From the IMG/VR virus record IMGVR_UViG_3300042448_001346, positions 1-31,520 of that record: 31,520 nt of DNA; one strand, written 5' to 3'. The notes beneath the pieces are model-generated. The model had not been told where the DNA came from. It saw nothing but the letters and a program-made list of their open reading frames with translations, and did not search any database. Shown here one piece after another: positions 1-10,900 of this stretch. The first letter of the stretch is position 1. The number at the start of each line of letters is the position of its first letter. The position numbers were made by a program, and so were the translations under genes. This DNA is from a virus (taxonomy: Duplodnaviria; Caudoviricetes).

Positions 1-2
1 TA

Positions 3-86
3 CTTACTGCTGCAAAATTTAAAACAGGCAGAGGTGGTGAAGTAGCATCGGCTCCAAAGTATTCCGATACAATGAAAGCTAAATAA
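3..86 (+). CDS. 3' end of an upstream gene (partial, hypothetical)
   Basis: Open frame from the window edge (LTAAKFKTGRGGEVASAPKYSDTMKAK) to TAA at 84-86, 10 nt before the next ATG. Confidence 0.55.
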   Translation, partial: LTAAKFKTGRGGEVASAPKYSDTMKAK

Positions 87-96
87 AAAACATTTA

Positions 97-507
97 ATGG
101 CTAAAAAAGTTACAAAGAAATCTAGCACTTGGGTTGCTAGAAAGTATGGGTTTAAATCAGGTCTTGAGGAGAATATCTCTGTACAAATTGAAAGTAAAGG
201 AATAAAAGTAGAATATGAAACCGAAAAGGTGGCTTACACTATACCTGCTTCTCAACATACTTACAATCCTGATTTTAAGTTACCAAATGGTATCTTCGTA
301 GAAACAAAAGGTAGATTTGTTGCTGCTGATAGGAAAAAACACTTGTTAGTTAAAGCGCAAAACCCTACACTTGATATTCGTTTCGTATTCTCCAATTCAA
401 AGAATAAAATCACAAAAACATCAAAAACCACATATGGGGATTGGTGTGATAAGAACGGATACACATATTCCGACAAAATAATACCAGATTCTTGGTTCGA
501 GGAGTAA
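97..507 (+). CDS. T7 endonuclease I-like Holliday junction resolvase
   Basis: Motifs FKSGLEE, YNPDF, VETKGRF, DRKKHL, DIRFVF and TYGDWCDKNG match the T7 gp3 PD-(D/E)xK pattern. Confidence 0.9.
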   Translation: MAKKVTKKSSTWVARKYGFKSGLEENISVQIESKGIKVEYETEKVAYTIPASQHTYNPDFKLPNGIFVETKGRFVAADRKKHLLVKAQNPTLDIRFVFSNSKNKITKTSKTTYGDWCDKNGYTYSDKIIPDSWFEE

Positions 508-523
508 AATAGTTCCCAAATTA

Positions 524-555
524 TTTGGAAATATCAAATATTGTTCATATATTTG
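524..555 (+). promoter_or_regulatory. Bacteroidota-type primary-sigma promoter (-33 TTTG / -7 TAnnTTTG)
   Basis: TTTG at 524-527, 20-nt spacer, TATATTTG at 548-555, directly before the primase start. Confidence 0.75.
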
Positions 556-559
556 TATT

Positions 560-1501
560 GTGTTGAATAGTACTGACAAATCCAAAGTTATTACAACGCT
601 TTCTAATGCGTTGGGTAGTTACTCCAATCTAAAGGGTAATGAACTTGCATTCCACTGTCCATTTTGTAATCACCATAAACAAAAACTCCAAGTCAATACC
701 GAAACTCAAAAGTGGCATTGTTGGACTTGTAATAGTGGTGGTAAGAAATTGACCTCATTATTAAAGAGGTTGGATGTGGATAGGAAAACAATCTCAATCA
801 TTAGAGAAATATACGGAGATTCTAATTATAATCCCCAAAATGAGGATGCGGATACAAAAGTATACATTTCCTTACCAAAAGAATTTAAATCGCTTAATGA
901 AGTTCCTAAAGGGTTTAATCCCGAATACAAACATGCTATGTTCTATCTTACACAAAGAGGAATTGGTATGAAGGAAATTATCAAATATAATATTGGATAT
1001 TGTACGGAAGGTTTGTATGCAAAACGAGTTATTATACCATCGTATTTATCGGATGGGCAATTAAACTACTTTGTTTCTCGTTCTTATTATCCAGAAGAGA
1101 AGATGAAATATAAAAATCCTCCAATCAGTAAAAATGTAATTTGTTTAGAATCGCAGATAAATTGGAACGAACCAATTATATTATGTGAGGGAGTATTTGA
1201 TGCAATTACAATTAGAAGAAACGCAATTCCACTATTAGGTAAGTTTCCATCCAAAACATTGGTTGAAAAAATCTTTATGAGTGGAGTTAGTGATATTATT
1301 ATCTCATTAGATAATGATGCAATAAATGAAGCATTAAAAGCAGCAGAATATTTTAGAAAACAGGGAATAAATGTAAAAATGATGCATATGAAAGATAAAG
1401 ATGCATCTGAAATTGGATATAATAAATTTTATGAAGAACTAAAGAAAACTAAAGAGTTTTCATCCAATGAATTATTATTAAATAAGATTATGAGTTTATG
1501 A
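560..1501 (+). CDS. DNA primase (T4 gp61-like; Zn finger + TOPRIM)
   Basis: N-terminal CPFCNHH...WHCWTC zinc-binding domain; KYKNP; TOPRIM motifs CEGVFDA and LDND. Start is GTG 560 or TTG 563. Confidence 0.9.
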   Translation: MLNSTDKSKVITTLSNALGSYSNLKGNELAFHCPFCNHHKQKLQVNTETQKWHCWTCNSGGKKLTSLLKRLDVDRKTISIIREIYGDSNYNPQNEDADTKVYISLPKEFKSLNEVPKGFNPEYKHAMFYLTQRGIGMKEIIKYNIGYCTEGLYAKRVIIPSYLSDGQLNYFVSRSYYPEEKMKYKNPPISKNVICLESQINWNEPIILCEGVFDAITIRRNAIPLLGKFPSKTLVEKIFMSGVSDIIISLDNDAINEALKAAEYFRKQGINVKMMHMKDKDASEIGYNKFYEELKKTKEFSSNELLLNKIMSL

Positions 1502-4500
1502 GTAGATTAAAAAAGATTTACCACATTGCCGATGTACACATCCGTAATGTAAAAAGACACAATGAGTATAGACAAGTGTTTGAAAAAATGTTTGAAGAAA
1601 TCCGTAAAAGAGGTACGGAAGATTCAATTATTTATTTAGCAGGGGATATTGCCCATGCTAAATTAGAATTATCTCCTGAATTAGTTAGAGAGATTAGTTG
1701 GTTATTTACCGAATGTTCTAAATTATGTGAAACAATCCTTATTACAGGTAATCACGATTGTAATATGAACAATTCGGATAGATTGGATGTTCTTACTCCA
1801 ATTGTAGAGGCGTTAAATCTGCCAAACTTTACATATCTAAGAGATACACAAGTTTATGGAATCGGTGATGTTGATTTCGCAGTATTCAGTATTTTTGATA
1901 ACAAAGATAATTGGCCTAAAGCAGAAACTTTATCTGGCAATAAAAAGATTGCCTTATTTCACGGACCAGTTGATAATTCTCAAACGGATATTGGATATGT
2001 AGTATCTTCTCGTCATTTTACAACGGATATGTTTGATGGATACGATTTAGCCTTATTGGGTGATATCCACAAACGACAGGAGATGATTTCTCCAAAAGGA
2101 TGTAAGGTAGTTTATGCCGGTTCATTAGTTCAACAAAACTTTGGTGAAACTTTGGATAAGCATGGATTCCTTGTTTGGGATTTGGATACAATGAGTTACG
2201 AAGCGGTTGATATTCATAACGAGTATGGGTATTATACTATGGATATTGATAATGGTAAAGTTCCTATCGTATCAGATATGCCAAACAAACCTCGTTTAAG
2301 AGTTCGTTTATCTAATACTGATTCTGCTGATACTAAAAGAGTAATGGCTGAAATTAAAATGAGATATGGTGTTGAGGATTTCACAGTTATCAGAACCGAT
2401 TCTCTTTCTAAATCAAAAACAGGTAATAGATTAAACAAATTAGACTTTGAAGATATTTCGGATATTAATTATCAGAACTCACTTATAAATGAGTACATTG
2501 AGAGAATGATGCCGTTTGTAGCTAAAGAAGATATCGAAAAATTAGAAGGAATTAATAGAGATATAAATAGTAGAATTGTAAATGAAGATGTACAAAGAAA
2601 TATTCAATGGAAACCGATTCGTTTTGAGTTTTCAAATATGTTTAGTTATGGAGAGAATAACAAAATTGATTTCACAAAGTTAGGTGGGTTAATGGGATTA
2701 TTTGCACCAAATGCAACAGGTAAATCTTCTCTATTTGATGCTATATCATTTTGTTTATATGATAAGAGTAGTAGAGCTTATAAAGCTCAAAATATTCTAA
2801 ACAATCGTAAATCGGATTTCGTTTGTCACTTACACTTTCAAATCGATGGGTTAGATTATCATATTGAAAGAACTGCAAAAACAATTAACAAAGGTAAAAA
2901 TGTTAAAGTTGATGTACAATTTTGGAGACAAGATGGTGATGATAGGACTTCTTTGAATGGAACGGAGAGAAGGGATACAAATCAGATTATCGAACAATAT
3001 GTTGGTAAGTATGAAGATTTTGTATTAACTGCTTTATCTTTGCAAGGTAATAACGCACTTTTCATAGACAAATCCCAATCAGAAAGAAAAGATTTGTTAG
3101 CACAATTTATGGGATTGAATGTATTCGATAAATTATATGAAACGGCTACTGAAGATATTAAGGAAGTATCTGTCCTAATTAAGAACTTTAAGAAAACTGA
3201 TTTCACAACTGAATTAGCTGATAAGGCAACTGAATTAAAAGATAAGAAGGGTGAATTAAAAGAATTTGAAAAAGAATTAGGTAGATTAAATACTGATTCT
3301 ACTGATTTAAATAATAGAATTGTTGGATTGAGTGCAGAACTTACTCCAATGGATGGTAATTTAGATTTGGATAGTTTAACTAAACAAGAAGGAACTATTG
3401 GTAGGGATATATTACATATTCTTGCAGAAAAGAAAGCCAAATTAGAATTGATTGAATCTCAAACTAATATTTTAAATGAATTATCACAATCAATAGAAGA
3501 TACAAAATTATTTAATCAAACTATTGATATAGAAGCGGCATATTCAAATTATCAACGAGAACAAAAAGCATTAACCGAAGCAACTAAAACTTATGATATT
3601 GCAAAGTTGCATGTAAGTTCTGCAGAAGAAACGATTTCACATTTAGATAATCATAAATACGACCCAAATTGTAAGTTTTGTTGTGACAATACTTTTGTAA
3701 AAGATGCAATGAGAGTAAAAGAATTATTACCTCAATTGAAAGAAATACTTAGAGAAGCATTGGTTGATTGTACCGGTATTCAACAAACATTGGATACGAT
3801 GGAAGGTGTGGAAGAACAATACAATGTGTTTAATGATTTGAAAGTTAAATATAGTAAAGCAATTGTTATTAAAGAAAAATCTGAAGCGGAGTTAGAAGGA
3901 ATGAGTAGTAAAGAACAATTGCTAGAACATCAATTAGAATCGGTTAAAGTTAATATTCAAAAATATCACGATAACGAAGCAACTATTAAGAAGAATGCAC
4001 AAATTAATGAAGTGATATTGGGTCTAAAACGAACCAAAGGTGAGATTGATGATGAAATCAAAAAAGTTACAAAGGATATAGCAAGTGTGAATGGCTCTAT
4101 TTCTTCCATATCTTCGTTTATAGAGGGGATAAAAGGTAAGATGAATGATGTTAAGGAGTTGGAAGAAAAGAACCGCCTATACACCTATTATTTAGATGCA
4201 GTCAAAAGAGATGGTATACCTTATGAGTTGATTTCAAAAGCATTGCCAGTAATTGAGAATGAAGTAAATAATATTCTTTCACAAGTAGTTGATTTTGGAG
4301 TAGTAATGGATGTCGATGGTAAATCAATCAATGCCAAAATTGTTTATGATGACCAAGAATGGCCATTGGAGATGTGTAGTGGTATGGAGAAATTCGTAAG
4401 TGGATTGGCTATTAGAGTGGCACTTATCAATGTATGTAATTTACCTCGTCCAAACTTCTTAGTAATTGATGAAGGATTTGGTACATTGGATAGTGATAAC

Positions 4501-4647
4501 TTATCATCCCTATTTATGATGATGCAGTATCTTAAAACTCAATTCGATTTTATTTGGGTTATTTCTCACTTAGAACAAATGAGAGATATCGTAGATGGAT
4601 TGATAGAAATAAAAAAAGAAAATGGATTTAGTAAGATTGACTTCTAA
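1498..4647 (+). CDS. Fused SbcD/Mre11 nuclease - SbcC/Rad50 ATPase (gp47-gp46-like recombination nuclease)
   Basis: Phosphoesterase motifs ADVH, AGD, GNHD, FHG and GDIH, then Walker A-like APNATGKSS, coiled coil with zinc hook CKFC (nt 3670-3681), signature CSGMEK, Walker B VIDEGFGTLD and ISH. ATGA overlap with the primase stop. Confidence 0.92.
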   Translation: MSRLKKIYHIADVHIRNVKRHNEYRQVFEKMFEEIRKRGTEDSIIYLAGDIAHAKLELSPELVREISWLFTECSKLCETILITGNHDCNMNNSDRLDVLTPIVEALNLPNFTYLRDTQVYGIGDVDFAVFSIFDNKDNWPKAETLSGNKKIALFHGPVDNSQTDIGYVVSSRHFTTDMFDGYDLALLGDIHKRQEMISPKGCKVVYAGSLVQQNFGETLDKHGFLVWDLDTMSYEAVDIHNEYGYYTMDIDNGKVPIVSDMPNKPRLRVRLSNTDSADTKRVMAEIKMRYGVEDFTVIRTDSLSKSKTGNRLNKLDFEDISDINYQNSLINEYIERMMPFVAKEDIEKLEGINRDINSRIVNEDVQRNIQWKPIRFEFSNMFSYGENNKIDFTKLGGLMGLFAPNATGKSSLFDAISFCLYDKSSRAYKAQNILNNRKSDFVCHLHFQIDGLDYHIERTAKTINKGKNVKVDVQFWRQDGDDRTSLNGTERRDTNQIIEQYVGKYEDFVLTALSLQGNNALFIDKSQSERKDLLAQFMGLNVFDKLYETATEDIKEVSVLIKNFKKTDFTTELADKATELKDKKGELKEFEKELGRLNTDSTDLNNRIVGLSAELTPMDGNLDLDSLTKQEGTIGRDILHILAEKKAKLELIESQTNILNELSQSIEDTKLFNQTIDIEAAYSNYQREQKALTEATKTYDIAKLHVSSAEETISHLDNHKYDPNCKFCCDNTFVKDAMRVKELLPQLKEILREALVDCTGIQQTLDTMEGVEEQYNVFNDLKVKYSKAIVIKEKSEAELEGMSSKEQLLEHQLESVKVNIQKYHDNEATIKKNAQINEVILGLKRTKGEIDDEIKKVTKDIASVNGSISSISSFIEGIKGKMNDVKELEEKNRLYTYYLDAVKRDGIPYELISKALPVIENEVNNILSQVVDFGVVMDVDGKSINAKIVYDDQEWPLEMCSGMEKFVSGLAIRVALINVCNLPRPNFLVIDEGFGTLDSDNLSSLFMMMQYLKTQFDFIWVISHLEQMRDIVDGLIEIKKENGFSKIDF

Positions 4648-4813
4648 CCTTGTCAGCTTTCAACACACCCGCTTGAGGTTTAGGAACACCAATGTGTTTC
4701 TTAATTAAGTTTTCTACTAAACTTCCCATTTTGAACCCGTGTTCTTCACAATAATTTTTGAGAAGTTCATGGGTTTCTTTTTTGATTTGTAGCATTGAGT
4801 ATTTCATAACCAT
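4628..4813 (-). CDS. Small ribbon-helix-helix/CopG-like DNA-binding protein
   Basis: 61 aa; strand-helix-helix pattern YSMLQIKKETHELLKNYCEEHGFKMGSLVENLIKKH; has its own upstream ATATTTATA motif on the - strand; fills the gap between two large genes. Confidence 0.65.
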   Translation of the reverse strand: MVMKYSMLQIKKETHELLKNYCEEHGFKMGSLVENLIKKHIGVPKPQAGVLKADKVRSQSY

Positions 4814-4814
4814 T

Positions 4815-4854
4815 TTAGTTTTCTTTAGTTTAATAAAGTATTTGTTAGTTTTCT
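4815..4854. repeat. 10-bp-phased direct repeats (TTAGTTTTCT), putative operator
   Basis: TTAGTTTTCT at 4815-4824 and 4845-4854, TTAGTTT at 4825-4831; AGT core at 4817, 4827, 4837 and 4847. Confidence 0.55.
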
Positions 4855-4857
4855 AAA

Positions 4858-4866
4858 TATAAATAT
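4858..4866 (-). promoter_or_regulatory. ATATTTATA promoter-like motif (for the RHH gene)
   Basis: TATAAATAT on the + strand equals ATATTTATA on the - strand, 44 nt upstream of the 4813 start. Confidence 0.5.
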
Positions 4867-4887
4867 GTAGAGTTTATTTTTTTAGAA

Positions 4888-4896
4888 ATATTTATA
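4888..4896 (+). promoter_or_regulatory. ATATTTATA promoter-like motif (tail operon)
   Basis: ATATTTATA 22 nt before ATG 4919; the same motif precedes the genes at 17857, 25232 and 28119. Confidence 0.6.
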
Positions 4897-4918
4897 GGAA
4901 ACAATACAAACTTTATAA

Positions 4919-7900
4919 ATGGCTTTACTTAAAAAAACTCTATTTGATGAAAAATTAGAGACATACAATGTATTAGTTGAAGATACTGCGCCTTTTAGTA
5001 ATTATTTTAAGATAACTGAATTATCAGATGTATTTACAGGTGGTAAAAACGCTTTCTTAATTCAAGGTTCTCCTGAATTAGTTGCCGATAGTCTTATTAA
5101 AATACAAATAAAAGATTCTCAAGGTAATACAATATATAACGAGCCCGGTGAAGGTATACCCGAATACTATGAAGGTACATCTAAGGTTGTAGCTGTTTAT
5201 ATTTACCCCGATACCTCATTCGGTCCATGTACTATAACAATTTTAGGAGAATTAAAAGAATATTATTCTAACAATGGTGTATTAAATCCTGTACCTGGAA
5301 ATTGGGAGGGTACTTATAATGTTAGATGGCAAAAACAAATAAATGTAAATCCATTATTACAAAATACTTCTAAAATTCGTTTCTATCGTAGACCTAAAGT
5401 TGCTATTGAAGAAACAATTTTACCAATTTATAATAGAAGTGTAAATAGAAAAACAATAAGTGGTAGCGTCGATGGTGTATCTATTAATCCATTAGCTGGA
5501 GCTAATTTTAAAACATTTAAGGGCGATACTTTGTATGAATTAAGAATTAGTGGAAGTAGTTTTTCATCATCTATGGAAGGTGAAACTATTACTATTACTA
5601 ATTTAAATCAATCGTATTCTACAACTATTAAAGATGTAATAACTTCGAATAAAGCAAATGCTACTATTCCATATTATGAAACATCATCGGTAACTTCTCC
5701 ACAAATTATAAAAAATTTCAGTTCCGCTTCTTTTTCATTAGCATATAATGAAAGTGTAACTCTTACAAATTCATCTGTTAGTTCATCATTTGCTAAGATT
5801 AAATTAACTGACTTAGAAGCATTTAGTGGTGATGTAAATCGTTTAAGAATATATGCAAGTAGAAAAGCTGATATTGGAAATTATACTTTATTAGAAGATA
5901 TTCAATTAGAATCTAATGAATTATTACAAACTGATGAATATAGTGGTAGTGTAAACATAAGAACGGGTGTTTTTAGTTCGCAAAATATAGTAAATGAATT
6001 TTGGGTATATAAAGATTATGATTCATCAACAAACTATACTGCTACATTAAATAATACCGATTTAGTTTCATCTGTGAAATTATTAGATGATGGTATTCAA
6101 AATACATCGGATTATCCACAAAGAATATTTTATTATTCATCATCGCTTGATTTATTAAAGAATACAGAATACCAATTAGATTTTACACCAATACTATCAT
6201 CATCTTTATATGGAAATAATATAATAGAAATATATGGTAGTGGTTCTGCTTTTGTTAATTTAGGTAGTAATATTGGATTGGGGAAAAACATAGGTAAATT
6301 AGTTACCAATTCTCAATTTATAAGATATGATAAACAACAAGTTAATTTTAAAACAGATGCTGATGGTACGGGTACTATTGTATTTGCTGTTTATCAGGGA
6401 AATTGGCAACTATCAAATATAAGTTTAAGAGCAACTCAAGAAACAAATTTTTCTCCAAATGAGATAACTTTAAATGTAGCAGTTCCTACAAAAGTTAAAA
6501 ATGATACTTTTGATTTTAAATTTGAATTTTATGATATAAATAACAACTATGTTCCTGTAAGTTTAAATCAAGAGTTTACATTTACAGGTGGAAATGATTT
6601 GGTTGTTAGAAAAAGTATAACAGTAACTCCTGATGGAAACTTATTTAGTTTTTCAGGTTCAGGAGAATCAATAGGTGTATCTTCTATTAATTTTGATATT
6701 GTTAAAGTTGGATTAACAGGCTCAACGATATTTTATTCATCCGCTTTTGATGAAAATGGAGATTATATACAACCATCAGTTTATGGTTCTCAACCTTTTT
6801 ATCCAGGATTATTAACAAATATAACATCGGGTTCAGCTACATTAACGGTATCTAATTTTACAGGCTCATTAACTACTCCAAAAGTTACAAGAATATTGTA
6901 TACCGCATCATGCGAAGATGTACAAGATTTAGTAAACATTTATAGAGTTGACCAGGGTGCAAATGGGCAAGATGGAATAGATGGTTCAGATGGTGCAACT
7001 TTTATAGTAATAGCTAATAAAAACCAATTTGTATACGACCCTGATAATCATTTTGAGCCTGCACAATCAAATGATTTTATTGATATTAAACTATCATCAA
7101 ATATAGTAAGTGGTTCTTTAACAATTGCTTCTGGTTCATTTTTACCAAAATTACAAAAATTAAGCACAACTCAGGTTGGATTTTATACTGAATCTGTTTA
7201 TAGAATTTACAGTGGAGATGATGATGAAGATGTTGCTATGCTTGGTACAAATGCAGCGTCTTGGTCGTATTATACTCCTACGAATCTTATACATGGCGGA
7301 ACTTATTTATTTACTCAAAATGGATTTAGTTCATCCGTACAAATAGAAGGTGTTTTAAAAGGAGATAAGAGTAAAAATTTAAATGCGGTTTCAAACGCTA
7401 ATCAATTTTTCTATAAAATGACTGATGTTAGTCTTTCTCCATCGGGTCAAGCAATAACAATAGATGTTAAAAGAAATAATTTAGGTAGTACATCAAACGC
7501 TATCACTGTAACAAGTGGAAGTGGCAAACCGGCATTGACTGTTGGTTCTAATAATGGTACTACGGGAGTGCAATCTTATAATGTAAATGGCGCCGATTAT
7601 CCATATTCAGCTGGAGCAACTACATATACATTTTTTGCAGAAGATTTAAATTTTGATGGATATACTGATACAATAACAATTACTCCTGTAATAGCAGAAT
7701 CTCAGATAGCTGTAAATTTAACAAATGAAAATACTACATTTCCCGCTTATTCAGGTGGAAGTGTATTCGGAGGATTCTTAGCAAGTAGTGGTTCTATATC
7801 AGTAAAAGTTGGTAGTGAAGATATTTCATACGCATCTACAATTGGAAATAATAAATTTAGTGCAAGTATATCATCTTCATTAAATGTAACACCCGTATTA

Positions 7901-10900
7901 ACAAATAACAACTATTCTATCACAGCTTTATCAGCTGATAGTGGTAGTATTAATTTAAAAGTTACATATAGAGATGGTAGAGGTAGTGATAGTGTGTTTA
8001 CAAAATTAGTAACTTATTCAAAAGCAAAAGCAGGTACTCCAAATGTATTAGTAGCAGTATCCCCATCAGCACAAACAATATCCGCAAATTCAAAAGGAAG
8101 TGGTTCTGCTACACCCATTGCATTAACGGTAACCGCTTTGGAAGCTGGAACAAGTAGATTTACTTCAATTGGTACACCCACATTCACAAACGGATTAGCA
8201 GGTTCAGTTTCTTCAAATGTTATAACAATAACATCAGACGCATCTACTATTACTTCAAATACAGCACAGGTAACAATACCTGTAAACTATACGGATAGTG
8301 AAGGCGCAACTGGAACAAAAAATGTTGTAGCTACTGTTTCAAAAGCATTAGCATCTGCACCATCTACTATTGTATTTATTGAAAAAGATGGGCAAACTAT
8401 TACTAAGAGTAAAACTGGAACATATGGTACTCCATCTTCATTCAGAATAAATGTTTTAGAAGGTGCAAACTCATCTTCATATGATAATACATCTCCATTT
8501 GCAAATTCTACATTTAGAATTAGTGGTGTAACAAATGGGTCTGTTTCTGCAACTGATTTAGATAAATATGCAACAATAACCCCAACTACTCCATCAAGCA
8601 CTTCAGGATTAGTTGTAAGTATAACCGGTTCATTTGTGGATTCTGAAGGAAGTACTACTTCATTTTTTAAAACACATAATGTAAATGTTGCATCAGATGG
8701 TACGGATGGAAGTACGGGAGCAACGGGACCTGGAATTGTTTTAAGAGGTGAATGGAAAAATAATACTCTTTATTATTATACAACAGTAGCAGGTTCATCT
8801 AGAAGAGATGCTGTTTATAAAAGCGTAAGCGGTGTTACTCATTATTGGGCAACTTTAGTACAACATACAAGTGAAACTGGAGTAAAAGAACTGCCAGCAG
8901 TTAGTAATGATAATACATATTGGCAATATTTAGGTGAGCAAGATTTCTTTGTAGCAGCTAAGATTGCAATATTTGATGAATCTTATGTAAAAAACACTTT
9001 AAATGTTGGTACAAACTCAGATGGTTCTGCTGCAAACATAACTTTAAAAGGAGGTACTACTTCTCCGTATGTTTCAATTGGACAAGGTACGCAAGGATAT
9101 GGTAACAATGGTATATGGTTAGGTATTGTAAGTGCTACTACACCAAAAGTAAGTTTTGTTAGTGGTAGTAATTATTTTAAATATGATGCCAGTGCCACAA
9201 ATATGGTAGATATTGGTGGCAGAATTTCAGCAACATCATTAACGGCTGATACCGGTTCTATTGGTGGTTTTGAAATTCAAGGTGGGTTGCTGCAAGCAGG
9301 TAGTACCACATCAGGTATACAATTAAATGGAACTACTTCTACCATAATAGTTGGTAATTTAAGTACTAATTCTTCTGCTAGGGTATCACCTGCAGGATTT
9401 TTTGCCGGAAATACTTCATTTGGGTCTGCTCCATTTAGTGTAAACTTGGATGGAGCATTAGTAGCAACAAATGCCGATGTTAGAGGAAAAATAACGGCAA
9501 CTCAAGGAACTATTGGTGGTTGGGTTATATCTCAAAACAGCATTTCAAAAAATAGAGTTACATTGAATGCAGGAGAATCAGATGCTGAAAATTACATACA
9601 AATTACAGGTACACCCGGTGGTTCATTTGCAGGTAACCGTGTATATATTCACCCTGGAGAGTTAACTGATATAAGTGGTGGAAGTGGTAACGCAATTGCT
9701 GCTACAAATGCATCTTCATATGTAAATATTTCATCAGCTAATACGATATACGCAGGTAATTCATCTACAACTGCTACAATGGGAACTTCATCTCAAACTG
9801 TAACATCTCTTAGTACATCTTCTACTTTTAACCTTATAGCTAAACTTAAATTTAAAATTGATGTAGTATATGAATCTGTACCCGTAACTCAAGTATTAAA
9901 TGAAACTAATACTCGTTCATATTATAGTATAGATTATGCAGCTGGGCAAATGGCTTGGTCAACATTAGTAGATGATGGTGCTGTAAATTTAACAACCGCA
10001 AGACCCGAATGGGGATGGATACCGCAATCGGATAATACTGCTGTTTTTAATTTTTTAAACCAAATGAATGCTGCAATGGGTACAAACATTACATCTATTC
10101 AACAAATGGAAAATGAAATTACGGGTTGGACAATTACCACAGCTTTATCTTATATGAATGGTTCAATTGGAGTAAATTCAGCAATGACCTATAAAACGAC
10201 TTCGGGTGGTACAACTGTATCTACATTTACACCAAATTCTCAAATTACAAGTGAAGAATTACCGGAAGTTACTTATACTGTAAACTCAACAGGAAATGGA
10301 ACTACTGGTCCATCGTTTGCCATAACAAAATCAAATACATTGCAAAGTGTATATAGAAGAGTTACATGGAGAGGCGGCCGATATAATATAAACTTTACAG
10401 GATATGGTGGTAGTAGTACGAATTATCAAGGTTATGCAATATGGGCTGAAACTGAAGGTGGGTTTGTTAGTACTCCATCGTCTGTAACATATAGTGCAAA
10501 AACGACATCATTAACTGCAAACGCTTTAACTAAGCAAGTTGAATTATCGGAAGCAGGTATGCAAGCCGTATTTAACGCAACAAATTCATCCGAAGGTAAT
10601 TACTTTAGAGTATCCGATGTGGGCACTCCAACTATATCAAATTTCAATATTAAATCAGCAGGGTTTTTTGCACATTATGGAGAAATGCATGTTAAAGGTG
10701 ATATAGCAGGTTTTTCAACAGCTCTTTCATCTGATAGAAGATTGAAAAAAGATATAGTAGATATCGAAGATACCGAAATAGAAGATATGGATAAATTACA
10801 TCCTGTAACATATAGTTGGAAAGATGATGAAAACAATAATAAACATTATGGATTTATAGCACAGGATGTTCAAAAAATATATCCACATTTAACTAAAACA

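Noticed and set aside
4858-4865. TATAAATA as a T4-type late promoter for the tail operon
   Set aside because: Other structural genes carry the reverse-complement motif on the coding strand, so this copy fits the divergent minus-strand gene better; not fully excluded.
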